A stretch of DNA of 63,949 nt, counting the filler, from Octopus bimaculoides (lineage: Eukaryota): the NCBI RefSeq assembly GCF_001194135.2. It is 8 parts of 8 records of this genome, joined end to end, with 100 filler letters (N's around TTAATTAATTAA, not from the genome) between each part and the next. Parts side by side here need not be neighbours in the genome. Positions count along the whole stretch, not along the records: positions 1 to 20,975 come from NC_068996.1; positions 21,076 to 27,683 come from NC_069010.1; 6 more parts are not named here. One strand, given 5' to 3'. Below are positions 12,664-23,993 of the stretch, in pieces. The position numbers and the translations under genes were made by a program. The notes beneath the pieces were generated by a model, which did no database searches, had not been told where the DNA came from, and saw only the letters and a list, made by a program, of their open reading frames with translations. Each line of letters starts with the position of its first letter. Within the stretch, counting starts at the first letter, position 1.

Positions 12664-15600
12664 TTGGTGGTGGTGGTGGTGGTTGTGGATATAAAAATCC
12701 TTGGCCATTATCAAAATACATATCTCCTCCGTAATAATGGGAATCCTTCATGAAACCATAAGTTGGTACTGGTATGTTAGCCATGTCTATTGGTACAAAT
12801 GTTTTACTAGTTGGCATCATGCTGTCCATCTCAGGTAAATAGAAGCCGTGATTAGATTCTTTAATAGTTATTTCGTCCGTTAACGACGCTGTGAAAGGCA
12901 GAGAAGGTACTAAACTGAAGTCAGCTGGTGCATTGTTGCACGTGTTTGAAGGTGCACAGCTCACTGATTGTGTATGCGATTGTCTGTAATTGGAACTGCT
13001 GTGTGGACTGCTGGATTTGTTTTGAACATCACTCAGAGAAGAAGGTGCAGTCTTTTCTGATTCAGATGGATATTCATTCAAAGATTTGTGCTTTGATGAT
13101 TTTGTAGGGTGACATGGTACATCAAAGAAATGATTCTCTTTTGGCTTTGAAGAACTCTCAACAGGTATTATACACAAAGTATATGTCACATTTAAGATTG
13201 GGATTTCATTTAAAAAGTTTTTAAAAAATTGCATTGTTGAAGACTTCAGATAAAACAGCTTGGCTGGAGAAGTATTTAAAAATAAGTCTGATTTTAGAAA
13301 ATTAGTTTTATTTTTTATGCCAAACAAAAGTTCTTTCAAACTGACAGAATTTCCCCACAAGTCTCCAAAATGATTTCTTTTAACTATTGACATTGTTTGT
13401 GAAGTTTCTTTGTTTGCAACATAATTATGCAATGGCTTTGGATCAAATGGTCTCAACTTAGAGGTTTTATCACAAATAGAAAAGTTACAGAAAATTTTTA
13501 AAAACTCTTTATATTTATCTGAAGAGGTAGGATAATTTGGGTCAGTTTTTCCTATATGTAGACATTTTTTTAATTGTTTTCTTATATGTAACCCATTACA
13601 ATGAAAAACAGTTACATGATAATCGATAGTAAATACTCTAGAAATGTTATACGTTTTAATCAAAGAAAAAGTTAGGAATTTTATTTTAGTTTGTTCTACT
13701 GATGAGAAGTATTTGCAGATTATACTCAACATTGATAATCTACTTATTTTATCATGGCCAATACACAGAGATGGATTCAATTGTGTATCAGCACATAATT
13801 GTTCATTTCTTTCTAAATGTAAATTGAAAAATGGAAAATCTAACCACAGCTGAAATCTAATTAATCTGAAACCCATGATACCAAATCTTACACCACTTAT
13901 TGCACATAAACATTGAGTATTATATTTGCAATTGGGTAAAGAACAGTATAGGTCTCTTGAGGAATCATAATCAGTGATAGTATATATTGTAATCAGAGAA
14001 GTGAATAAATTAAACAAACTCTGACTTAAAATTCTCAAATGATTAGCAAATGATAAATATTTTTCATAACTTAAAGAATGTAAAATATCTGAAGGCAACA
14101 TCTCATGTTTGCTGACTATGTCTGATTGATGAACACTTTTCAAAAGATACCTTGTGGCCATAATCATTAACATATTCACATTAAATTTACAGAATTTCAT
14201 GATTTTAATTCTCATATTTAAAAATACATGTTTTATCCCATATTTCCCCCACTCTAAACTCTGTGTAAATTCTTCAAAATAACTTTGTTCCCTTATTCCT
14301 GATTTAATGTATAATTTTGAATAAAAAAAGAGTCCTTGTTGGAAATGTTTATAATTAACAAAAGTAGAATAAAAATTCTCAACAGAAGCCTTTGTGTTTA
14401 AAAGAATGTTTGTTGTAAGAAATGCATGCTTGAATGGATCAAAAGGAAACACAACTGATGATTTCCATATAATCATCAGCACAGCTGCCTTTTCAAATAA
14501 TTTAATTTGCAAATAAATATGTGAACAATCAAACAGATTCTTACAAAGATAAATCTCACTGAATGATTTATAAGCTTTGGTATGAAGACTATTTCTAAAA
14601 CAGAACTTTCTGTGTTTAATAGCTACTGGTGACAACCTTAGTTTTATAGCTTTGAATATATTTGCTATCAGCAAATATATTTTGGCTTCGGCACCATCAG
14701 ACACTGCCAAAACAGCAATAAAATCTATTAGTTTGGTTAACTTATAACAAAATAGCTGTCTGAAAAAGGAAAGATATCTAGCTTTTATATCCATTATTAA
14801 TGCTGGTGAGGCCAATATATTACTTGGAATTAAAGGCTTAAAGTGCTCCTTTGGTACCTTCGATGATGAATGGTTTCCTTCAGAGAACCTATCACATAAA
14901 TTTCCTACACCATTATATTGAGTACACACGTCAAATGAAGAGACATTATCTTTTAAATATCGCAACATTTGATGCATCTTACAAATGCCATTACCAACAA
15001 ATATATGTGCAGTCACCTTGGGCCTAGGAAAATCTTCAAAAGCACCAAAAGCTTCTGGCAAGATTATCACTAATAGGTAATTCAATTCATTCACATTAAG
15101 ACTGGTGATTATAATTAGATCTGTCATTAAAAAAAACATTTTCCAGGAGGAATTACCCAATTTCAAATTTAATTTTTGAAGCTGGATCGTTTTCATAACT
15201 AAAGATTGCAAATACTCGATGTAAAATCCATCCCAAAATTCAATTACATTTTCCTGTGCTTTTAAAAGGAAAGGCACATGAAATTCTAAATTGATCAATA
15301 ATATGATAATTACTTCCAAAGTTGGTTGACAGAAATCTAATATTATTTCAAAAATATCATTGACAAACACTGCAAAACAAGCAATGCAGTGTTTTGTGTT
15401 GTTTAATTCATAGATAGGTACACTGTTCCTATATTTGTGGCACAGATTCAATTCATCAATATTAATTGGTAAAGAGTCAATTATTTTAGAGTATTTCTGT
15501 GCTAAACATTGAAAACATTCCAGGTCAGGCTGATTACATATCTCGTCTTTATTACCAACTAAAAATTTAGTATCTTTTTCAGGAAATCCTTGTGAGTTAA

Positions 15601-16201
15601 ATGTTTTAAACATTAGATTTCTTTTGGTCTTTAGCCATATTTTTAATCTGAAATAATTTAGGTGCTTTGCAGTGAGAATTCTCCTGAAGTGCAACTTTTT
15701 GTGGGAGAAATTTAGTTTTGGGTGCAAAACGTATACAGAGCCAGAAGTACACAAAACAGTGAAGCCCACAGAATAGAAAACAATGTCTGGTGTAGAAACT
15801 TTGTCTTCTTGGAATATCTGACAAAATGATTTGCTAATCACTTCAAACTGGTAACCATTGCCCGTTTTCATGTTCCTAGCTGCATATTCTGTGCAGCCAT
15901 TTCTTTTGGGTATATAGATTTTATTGCTACATTTTCTAACCAGATCATTTTTCAAACTGTAATGCACAGGACTGTACATACTTATGTGTCTGACTTGCTT
16001 TTTAGGGAAGTAAATTGTATCAGACCTAAAAGGCTTCCTAATGGCATGCTTTCGAAGTATATTGACACACATCCTACAATTGAGGCATTTACTATGCACA
16101 GCAAGTTTTGATAGCTTCAAAGGTAAATGTTTCACTTCTGGTATTCTTCCAGTTGAATGCTTCAGTTGTTTTAAATCTATAGCATCTTGGCTTTCAAACA
16201 T
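12321..16201 (-). CDS. Main coding exon (1293 codons + 2 nt) of a divergent NXF/TAP-family (nuclear RNA export factor-like) gene
   Basis: Only long non-repetitive ORF in the window, with an in-frame TAA at 16235-16237 upstream. It ends in a strong donor AAATG|GTAAGA at 12321/12320. Motifs resembling human NXF1: SVP...FVND (aa260-282 vs SVP...FVED); LKAQENV and LQKLNL (LRR); GNGIC..Y..F..NG (aa403-431 vs GNSLC..Y..F..DG, LRR cap); IKARYLSFFRQLF and SDGA (NTF2-like); RRTMVEQFATFTNYPFEFSK (first half of TAP-C). Coding status is near certain; family assignment rests mainly on TAP-C. Confidence 0.85.
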
Positions 16202-16578
16202 AATTTTGTTGAAAATAGGAGTATAAAATTCTGGTTAGGAGAAACTCTTGTTTTCTTCACACAGCTGCTTTTTGCTATAATAATTTCATTGGATTCACAT
16301 CGAGCTTTCTGATAAATGAGAGTTGAAAAACAGAAAGGAAACATGTATATCACTATCTAGTATGAATAAAAATATTTCTCATATACATATATATATCATA
16401 TATATATTATGTATATTTATACACACGTATATTTGTATATTTATACATGCATATATACACATACATCTATATTTATACAAAAACATATACACATATATAA
16501 ATGTATATTTATGCATATATGTATATATATATATATATATACATACATATACACATTCATATATGTACATTATATATA

Positions 16579-16627
<49 letters not shown>

Positions 16628-16930
16628 NNNNNNNNNNNNNNNNNNNNNNNNNNNNNNNNNNNNNNNNNNNNNNNNNNNNNNNNNNNNNNNNNNNNNNNNN
16701 NNNNNNNNNNNNNNNNNNNNNNNNNNNNNNNNNNNNNNNNNNNNNNNNNNNNNNNNNNNNNNNNNNNNNNNNNNNNNNNNNNNNNNNNNNNNNNNNNNNN
16801 NNNNNNNNNNNNNNNNNNNNNNNNNNNNNNNNNNNNNNNNNNNNNNNNNNNNNNNNNNNNNNNNNNNNNNNNNNNNNNNNNNNNNNNNNNNNNNNNNNNN
16901 NNNNNNNNNTATATATATATATATATATAT

Positions 16931-18081
16931 ATATATTAATAAAAATGAAATTTTGTCTGTCTGTCTGGGACCCCTGTATTTCAGTCTATATTTGCTCTAC
17001 ATAGACATATTATACTTTTTTGGAATCAGGATGAATCCAGGATTGAAAATCTGCCCTTCATTTGGTTCTTGAACATCCAGCATTTAAAAGCATTTGAGTT
17101 GCTATTCCTAGCAGGTAAAGTAGCCAGGAGAGGTTCAGGGCCATAGTATTACTGAGATAGGTGAACAAGAGTTACTTCCTTAGCTTTACTAAGGATTTTA
17201 GTGGTTCTTTTATCTTTTCAGTCATCAGAATACGACCATGCTGGGGCACCACCTCAAAGAATTTTAACTGAACAAACCGACACCAGTTCTTTCTTTTTTA
17301 TGCCTGGTACTTTTTTTATTGGCCTCTTTTACTGAACCGCTAAGTCATGTGAATGTAAACACACTAACACCAGTTATCAAGTGGTATTGGGGGGGAGACA
17401 CACACACACACACACACATATTTTCTATAATAATAACTACTGAGTTTCTTAACTCTTTGTATCCTCTTGGAATGCCTTCTTACAAACTGACATTGAAGAA
17501 AGGAGTTCCAATCATTTTTGAGAAATCTGGATCTCCGAAAGTTATGCAATTGAACAAGACTGATAGTCAGGTAAATGCATCCATGTCTTTTGGAAGCAAC
17601 AATCCTCATTGGATAAGGAAATGGAGAAAATGAGCTTATTTCAAGAATTCCACTGATTCCAGCTGACATGCCCTTTAAATTCAAAAGATTTCAATTTCTA
17701 GTAAGAATTAGTTTTGCAATGTCAATAAACAAGAGTCAAGAACAATCACTCAAATTTTTTGGACTTCACCTCATGCAGCAGTGCTTTTCCCACGGTCAGC
17801 TCTATGTTGGTTGTTCCAGAGTTGGAAATGGCACCAATCTCTTCATACTTACACCAAATGGTAAAACTAAGAATATTGTTTATCCTGCTGCTTTACAGTA
17901 ATCTCCAAATGTCACAGTGATACAAAAGTCTTCAAATGTGATACTCTGTTATATAAATCTGAGATGGTAGGACACCAATAAATGCTTTATGTATTATTTC
18001 TCTCTTTAGTTTTGGGCTGCACGCCCAATTAGTCCTCCGCAAGAACTAGCTTAAAAGTCTGCACACTGCATTTTAAGCTAG
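16931..18081 (+). mobile_element. Internally deleted Helitron carrying the PIF1-helicase C-terminus, with a SINE inserted at ~17215-17415
   Basis: Peptides EFLNSLYPLGMPSYKLTLKKGVPI and FAMSINKSQEQSL..CFSHGQLYVGCSRV..KTKNIVY. 5' end ...taataaaaatg(tctg)n; 3' hairpins followed by CTAG|T at 18078-18082. Confidence 0.88.
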
Positions 18082-18889
18082 TATATATATATATATATAT
18101 CTTTTATCCTTTACATGTTTCACAGTCATTAGACTGCAGTCATGCTAAGACACCACCATGAATTTTAGTTGAATGAATCGACCCCAGTACTTATATTTTA
18201 AGCGTGGTACTTATTCTATCGGTCTCTTTTGCTGAACTGCTAAGTTACAGAGACGTAAACACGCCAACACTGGTTGTCAAGTGATGATGGGACAAACATA
18301 CACACGCACACATAGATATATATACAGGCTTTTTTCAGTTTCCACTTACAAAATCCATTCACAAGGCTTTTGCCCAAGGTGCTATGCAGTGGGATTGAAC
18401 CTGAAATTGTGTGGTTGGGAAATAAATGACTTATCACACAACCACTCCTGCACCTTGTATATATATATATATATATATATATGCATGTATGTATGTATGT
18501 ATGTATGTATGTATGGATATTTATATATATATGTGTGAGTGTAAATATGTATATGTATACATATATAGAGTGCAAGTGTGTTTGAGGATACTTAGTTATC
18601 AATATATTACTCAGCCCAAACCAATTAAAAAGTTCTTAATTTATTTATTTAGTTCAGATTCGTGCCCTGGCAGATAAATGCTAATACAAGAAAGGTAAAG
18701 ACATGCAGTCATTGTTGCCATACGAGCAGAACACATCAATTTGTAAACTGCCAACTTTCTAAATGTTCAGATAGAACTGGAAGTCTGATGTGTATGTTTC
18801 AACTCTATTAAAGAGAACAAAACATTCTAAATGTTTGGATACCATAAGTACACTGCAGTTCATCCAGCAGGTTCAAATATTACAAATAT

Positions 18890-19340
18890 TACAGAAAATC
18901 AATGAAGACCATCGCCAAAGAACTCCAGGTCTCAGAGTGGATTAAAAAAATTGTGGTGCATGACAACATTCAATACAAGTTAAACACACTGAGAACACAA
19001 CTCCTATCTGCAAAGACACGAAAAAAAACCATTTGGTCTGTGCCAAGAAGTAACTTAACAAGGTTAACTGCTAGAGGTAGTTGTTAAGCCCTGAATGGAT
19101 GGATGGAGAATACAGTGAAAGGCCATATATTTCAAGAAGCTCATGTAACCCCAAAATGGATGTCACACAAACTTCATCATCATGAAACACAAAACCTATG
19201 GTATTCAAATTCACCAGGCTTCTATCTCATGGATCACTAGATTAAGAGCATTTTTGAAAGGAGGACTAATTGACATCCTCATAATACTGCAGTTTTCCTG
19301 AAGGCCACTATTTTTCAGGTGATGGCCAAAATAAAGGACC
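18890..19340 (+). mobile_element. Degenerate mariner-like (DD37D/maT-type) transposase fragment
   Basis: MKTIAKELQVSEWIKKIVVHDNIQYK, then frameshifted RPYIFQE and NLWYSNSP, matching the RPYVFQQD/LWPPNSPDLNP motifs. Confidence 0.65.
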
Positions 19341-19627
19341 ATTTAGTACATGCATATCAATGACTCTATTCCTGCATTGAAACAGTCATTGAAACTGAAT
19401 AATCATAGAATAATCTCATAAGAAATCTAAGAGAATATGTGCATAATTTTTACAATACATTTGGGTTTTCCAACATTACACAAGTTTCATTAAATGCCAA
19501 ATATGTCCTCAAATATCCCTCAAACCACACACACATATATATATATATATATACACACACACATATATATAATACATTTGCCAGCATACAAGTTGATGTA
19601 GTATATAGCATAAACATGTAAGTGTGG

Positions 19628-19689
<62 letters not shown>

Positions 19690-19691
<2 letters not shown>

Positions 19692-20170
19692 CATAAGATG
19701 TACCCAGTGTAAGCCATGGATGCATAACAGGTGCAGCAACATCAAAGGAAGATTAACCAGGAAGATAGCTATCACAGGCAGCACATGCACAGGGGCAATG
19801 AACACTACAGATGCTCAGAAAACAGATTCCATCACATGCCAGAGGGAGAAACTAGAAGTAGTTGATAGCTTCCGTTACCTCAGTGACCAAGTCTGTAGTA
19901 GAGGTGGATTCGCAGAGAGTGTTACCACTAGAATAAGAATAGCCTGGACAAAGTTCAGATAGCTTCTACCCCTACTAGTGACAAAGGGCCTCTCGCTCAG
20001 AGTGAAGGGTAGATTGTATGATGCATATGTACGAACTGCCATGCTTCACAGCAGTGAAACATGGGCTGCTGAAGACATGCATAGGCTTGAAAGAAATGAA
20101 GCTAGCATGATCCCAGTTGAACCATCCAACCCATGCCAGCATGGGAAACGGAAGTTAAATGATGATGATG
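19690..20170 (+). mobile_element. RTE-clade LINE 3' fragment joined to its (GAT)n tail
   Basis: CTQC..HNRC finger, [32 protein letters not shown], then ccatccaacccatgccagcatgg...gttaaatgatgatgat. Confidence 0.87.
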
Positions 20171-20172
20171 AT

Positions 20173-20211
<39 letters not shown>

Positions 20212-20248
20212 TACACATATACACACATAAACACATATATACATACAC

Positions 20249-20279
<31 letters not shown>

Positions 20280-20352
20280 CACATATATATATATATACAC
20301 AAATATGTATATATACACAAATATGTATATATACATACATATNNNNNNNNNN

Positions 20353-20395
<43 letters not shown>

Positions 20396-21019
20396 AACAT
20401 ATATACACACATACATATATACACACATTTATATACATATACACATACATAAACACATATATACATACATATACACATACATAAACATATATACATACAT
20501 ATACACATATAAGTATACATACATATATATATTTTATCACTATTAATAAATCATATGGCAGCAAAAAAAATTTTAGAAATTTTACCACCAGTGGTCCAGC
20601 GCAAATAAAGATTAGTCAGTAGACTATATATTATTCATTTAAAATACAGAGATGCCTATAATAGGACATCTAACCCACGAGAAAGAGCAGCAAAAAACTC
20701 CACACCACAAAAATAGGGATAATTTTGAAAGGGAATGAAAAATAAAAACATTTACCAATCAATTTTCCATATCATGGTTTCAAGTTATTTTAGCAAAATA
20801 AAAAAATATTTTGCTTGGTCAGCTATCTTCAGCGGAATACCAAGACAGAACATATAAACACGAGTCAATACATGACTTATGCTTGTATGCTTAATTTTTC
20901 AAAATTTACCGCGCATGTGCGGTTTACCTTATCGGCAGCAAATACAAAAAATGCCGATTTTCTCTGTGTGTATATNNNNNNNNNNNNNNNNNNNNNNNNN
21001 NNNNNNNNNNNNNNNNNNN

Positions 21020-21032
21020 TTAATTAATTAAN
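21020..21032. other. Artificial assembly spacer TTAATTAATTAA between N runs (also ~27728, 39393, 47796, 56852, 59058, 62086)
   Basis: The same 12-mer, with stops in all six frames, is centred in similar-length N blocks seven times. Confidence 0.95.
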
Positions 21033-21093
21033 NNNNNNNNNNNNNNNNNNNNNNNNNNNNNNNNNNNNNNNNNNNATATATATATATATATAT

Positions 21094-21154
<61 letters not shown>

Positions 21155-22576
21155 CATACATATATTTACATACATGCATATATATACATACATATACATG
21201 AACATACGTATGTATGTATATGGGCATATGACTTTGTAATTTGGCCAATTATACAATTTCCCATTACTCGTGATTTCCTCATATCCATAAATATATACAT
21301 AGACACATACATATACACACATACACATGTGTATATGTGTACACACATACATATACAAACATACATATGAAACAAAACCCAAACACACACATATCCATTT
21401 ACAAATATACAGCCATTTACGGAACTACAAAAATATGTTAAGCCTTTCATTAATTGGCCAACAGAGTGTATATATAGAAATATAATGATATATGAATGCA
21501 CATGAGTGTGTGCGTGTATATATATATGCATGCAGCAAGCTGGCTGAAATGTTAGCGCGACAGGCGAAATGCTTAGCGGTATTTCGTTTGCCGTTAGATT
21601 CTGAGTTCAAATTGGTTGGCCCAAAACTATAGTAGAAGACACCTGCCCACAGTGCCATGCAGTGGGACTGAACCCAGAATCATGTGGTTGGTAAGCAAGC
21701 TACTTTACTACACAGCAACTCCTGAGCCTATAAGCATATATGTATTTGTATGTGACATGTTATACAAGTATGTATATTTCCATGTGGTGTATGTGTGTAT
21801 ACATATGTATTTGAACATGGTGTGCATATGGTATGTCTGTTTTATGTAGATGTGTGTGTTTATGTATTTAAGCTTCCTGCTGTATCGAGTGCCCTACTTT
21901 TAAAGACAATGCAATATCAATAAGACAATCACAATGGAATCGGTCCAGGAGCTTCGATCTATAAAGTGAACCCTGTCGACCACTTCTAAAGTTCAATGCG
22001 TGAAACCAATGAATGATAAGGCTTATCTAACACAATCACACATTTGTACTTCTGCCTGCTGGGGTTCCCTGGATAATGGCAGGGCTACTTGTGAAGATAA
22101 CCAGTTCAAATCAATTAACATCCACTTTTATTCCTCTATATGTATAAAAGACACCATCTTGCGCGTGGCCGTTGTCAGTACCGCCTGACTGGCCTTCATG
22201 CGGGTGACACGTAAAAGCACCCACTACACTCTCTGAGCCTGGTGTTGCCATCCGGTTTCACCAGTCCTCAGTCAAATCGTCCAACCCATGCTAGCATGGA
22301 AAGCGGACGTTAAACGATGATGATGTATCATCATCATCATCATCATCGTTTAAAGTCCGCTTTCTATGCTGGCATGGGTTGGATGGTTTGACTGAGGACT
22401 GGCAATTACATTCCTGTAATTTAACAGTTTGGCAAAAGATACCAATAGAATAAACACTAATAAGTAGTGGGGTTGATTTGTTTGATAAAATTGTTCAAAG
22501 CATGGCTCCAGCAAGGCCACAGTCCACTGACTGAAAGAAGGAAGAAATAAGATAGTTGCAAATGTTATTTACTTAC

Positions 22577-22903
22577 TTGTTGAAGAATTTTGGACTGCTT
22601 TTCAGTCAGCTGTAATAATGCAGGTGACAATAAAGATGAAGATGATGACAATGATGATCCTGAATGAAGAGTAGAAACCGGTTGTGATTCTCCACTCTCA
22701 GTTACGTCACTGCTACCACCAGCTCCACTTTCATCATCAAGACTGTTTTCACACTTCATCTGTTACCTTTGTAATCAGCTTTTACAACTGACATCACCAC
22801 CACCACCACCACTTCCACAGTTAACAAGTTAACAGCAACACCACCAACAACAATAAGATTATTTCTCTGTGTCCACAACGTGCCAGATGGAAGGACTGCA
22901 GTC
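22577..22903 (-). CDS. Candidate upstream exon with ATG at 22759 (MKCENSLDDESGAGGSSDV...TEKQSKILQQ, 61 aa)
   Basis: Strong acceptor gttttgtttgttctttgtttgttgtag|G at 22903, strong donor CAA|GTAAGT at 22577, and a non-repetitive acidic/Ser-rich ORF. Its frame does not join the main exon directly. Confidence 0.5.
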
Positions 22904-23823
22904 CTACAACAAACAAAGAACAAACAAAACAGTAATTTTCAAGGCAATGCTACACAGTATGGCTGCAGTCCAGTGACTGAAACAAGTAAAAAAAAAAAAA
23001 AAAATTTATGTAACATGCTAGAAATAGCAGCTAAAAATGTATGTATGTGTGCATATATATAATATATATCTATATATCTCAGAATCTGGTGCAGCTCCCC
23101 ATGCCAGTATGGAAAACAGATGTATGATGATGATGATGATGATGATATATATTGCAGATGCATTTAAGAGGGTGTAGATAGAGGGGACAAAGAAGGACAG
23201 ACAAAGGGATTAAGTNNNNNNNNNNNNNNNNNNNNNNNNNNNNNNNNNNNNNNNNNNNNNNNNNNNNNNNNNNNNNNNNNNNNNNNNNNNNNNNNNNNNN
23301 NNNNNNNNNNNNNNNNNNNNNNNNNNNNNNNNNNNNNNNNNNNNNNNNNNNNNNNNNNNNNNNNNNNNNNNNNNNNNNNNNNNNNNNNNNNNNNNNNNNN
23401 NNNNNNNNNNNNNNNNNNNNNNNNNNNNNNNNNNNNNNNNNNNNNNNNNNNNNNNNNNNNNNNNNNNNNNNNNNNNNNNNNNNNNNNNNNNNNNNNNNNN
23501 NNNNNNNNNNNNNNNNNNNNNNNNNNNNNNNNNNNNNNNNNNNNNNNNNNNNNNNNNNNNNNNNNNNNNNNNNNNNNNNNNNNNNNNNNNNNNNNNNNNN
23601 NNNNNNNNNNNNNNNNNNNNNNNNNNNNNNNNNNNNNNNNNNNNNNNNNNNNNNNNNNNNNNNNNNNNNNNNNNNNNNNNNNNNNNNNNNNNNNNNNNNN
23701 NNNNNNNNNNNNNNNNNNNNNNCGACCTCATCGGAGTTTTTTTTTTAATGTTTACGATGTTGACAACAGAGGTCGTAACCTGCCTGAGCACAGCTGACTG
23801 TATACAGAGGGAGAGAGCGCACG

Positions 23824-23855
<32 letters not shown>

Positions 23856-23993
23856 CAATGCATACATACTGAATTACACTGAGATGCACGCATACAAACA
23901 CATAAATATTAAATTAACTGTTTTTTTTATGAGAAGCAGATTGAACTTCGAAGTTAGTATGTATGTATGTATGTATAAATGTGTGTGTGTTAA

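Noticed and set aside
12317-16201. Large ORF as a transposon or viral protein
   Set aside because: No RT (YxDD), DDE, helicase or capsid motifs and no TIR/LTR flanks; NXF motifs explain it better.
16177-16237. -1 ribosomal frameshift linking the upstream exon frame to the 1294-aa frame
   Set aside because: No X-XXY-YYZ slippery heptamer in the window between the two stops.
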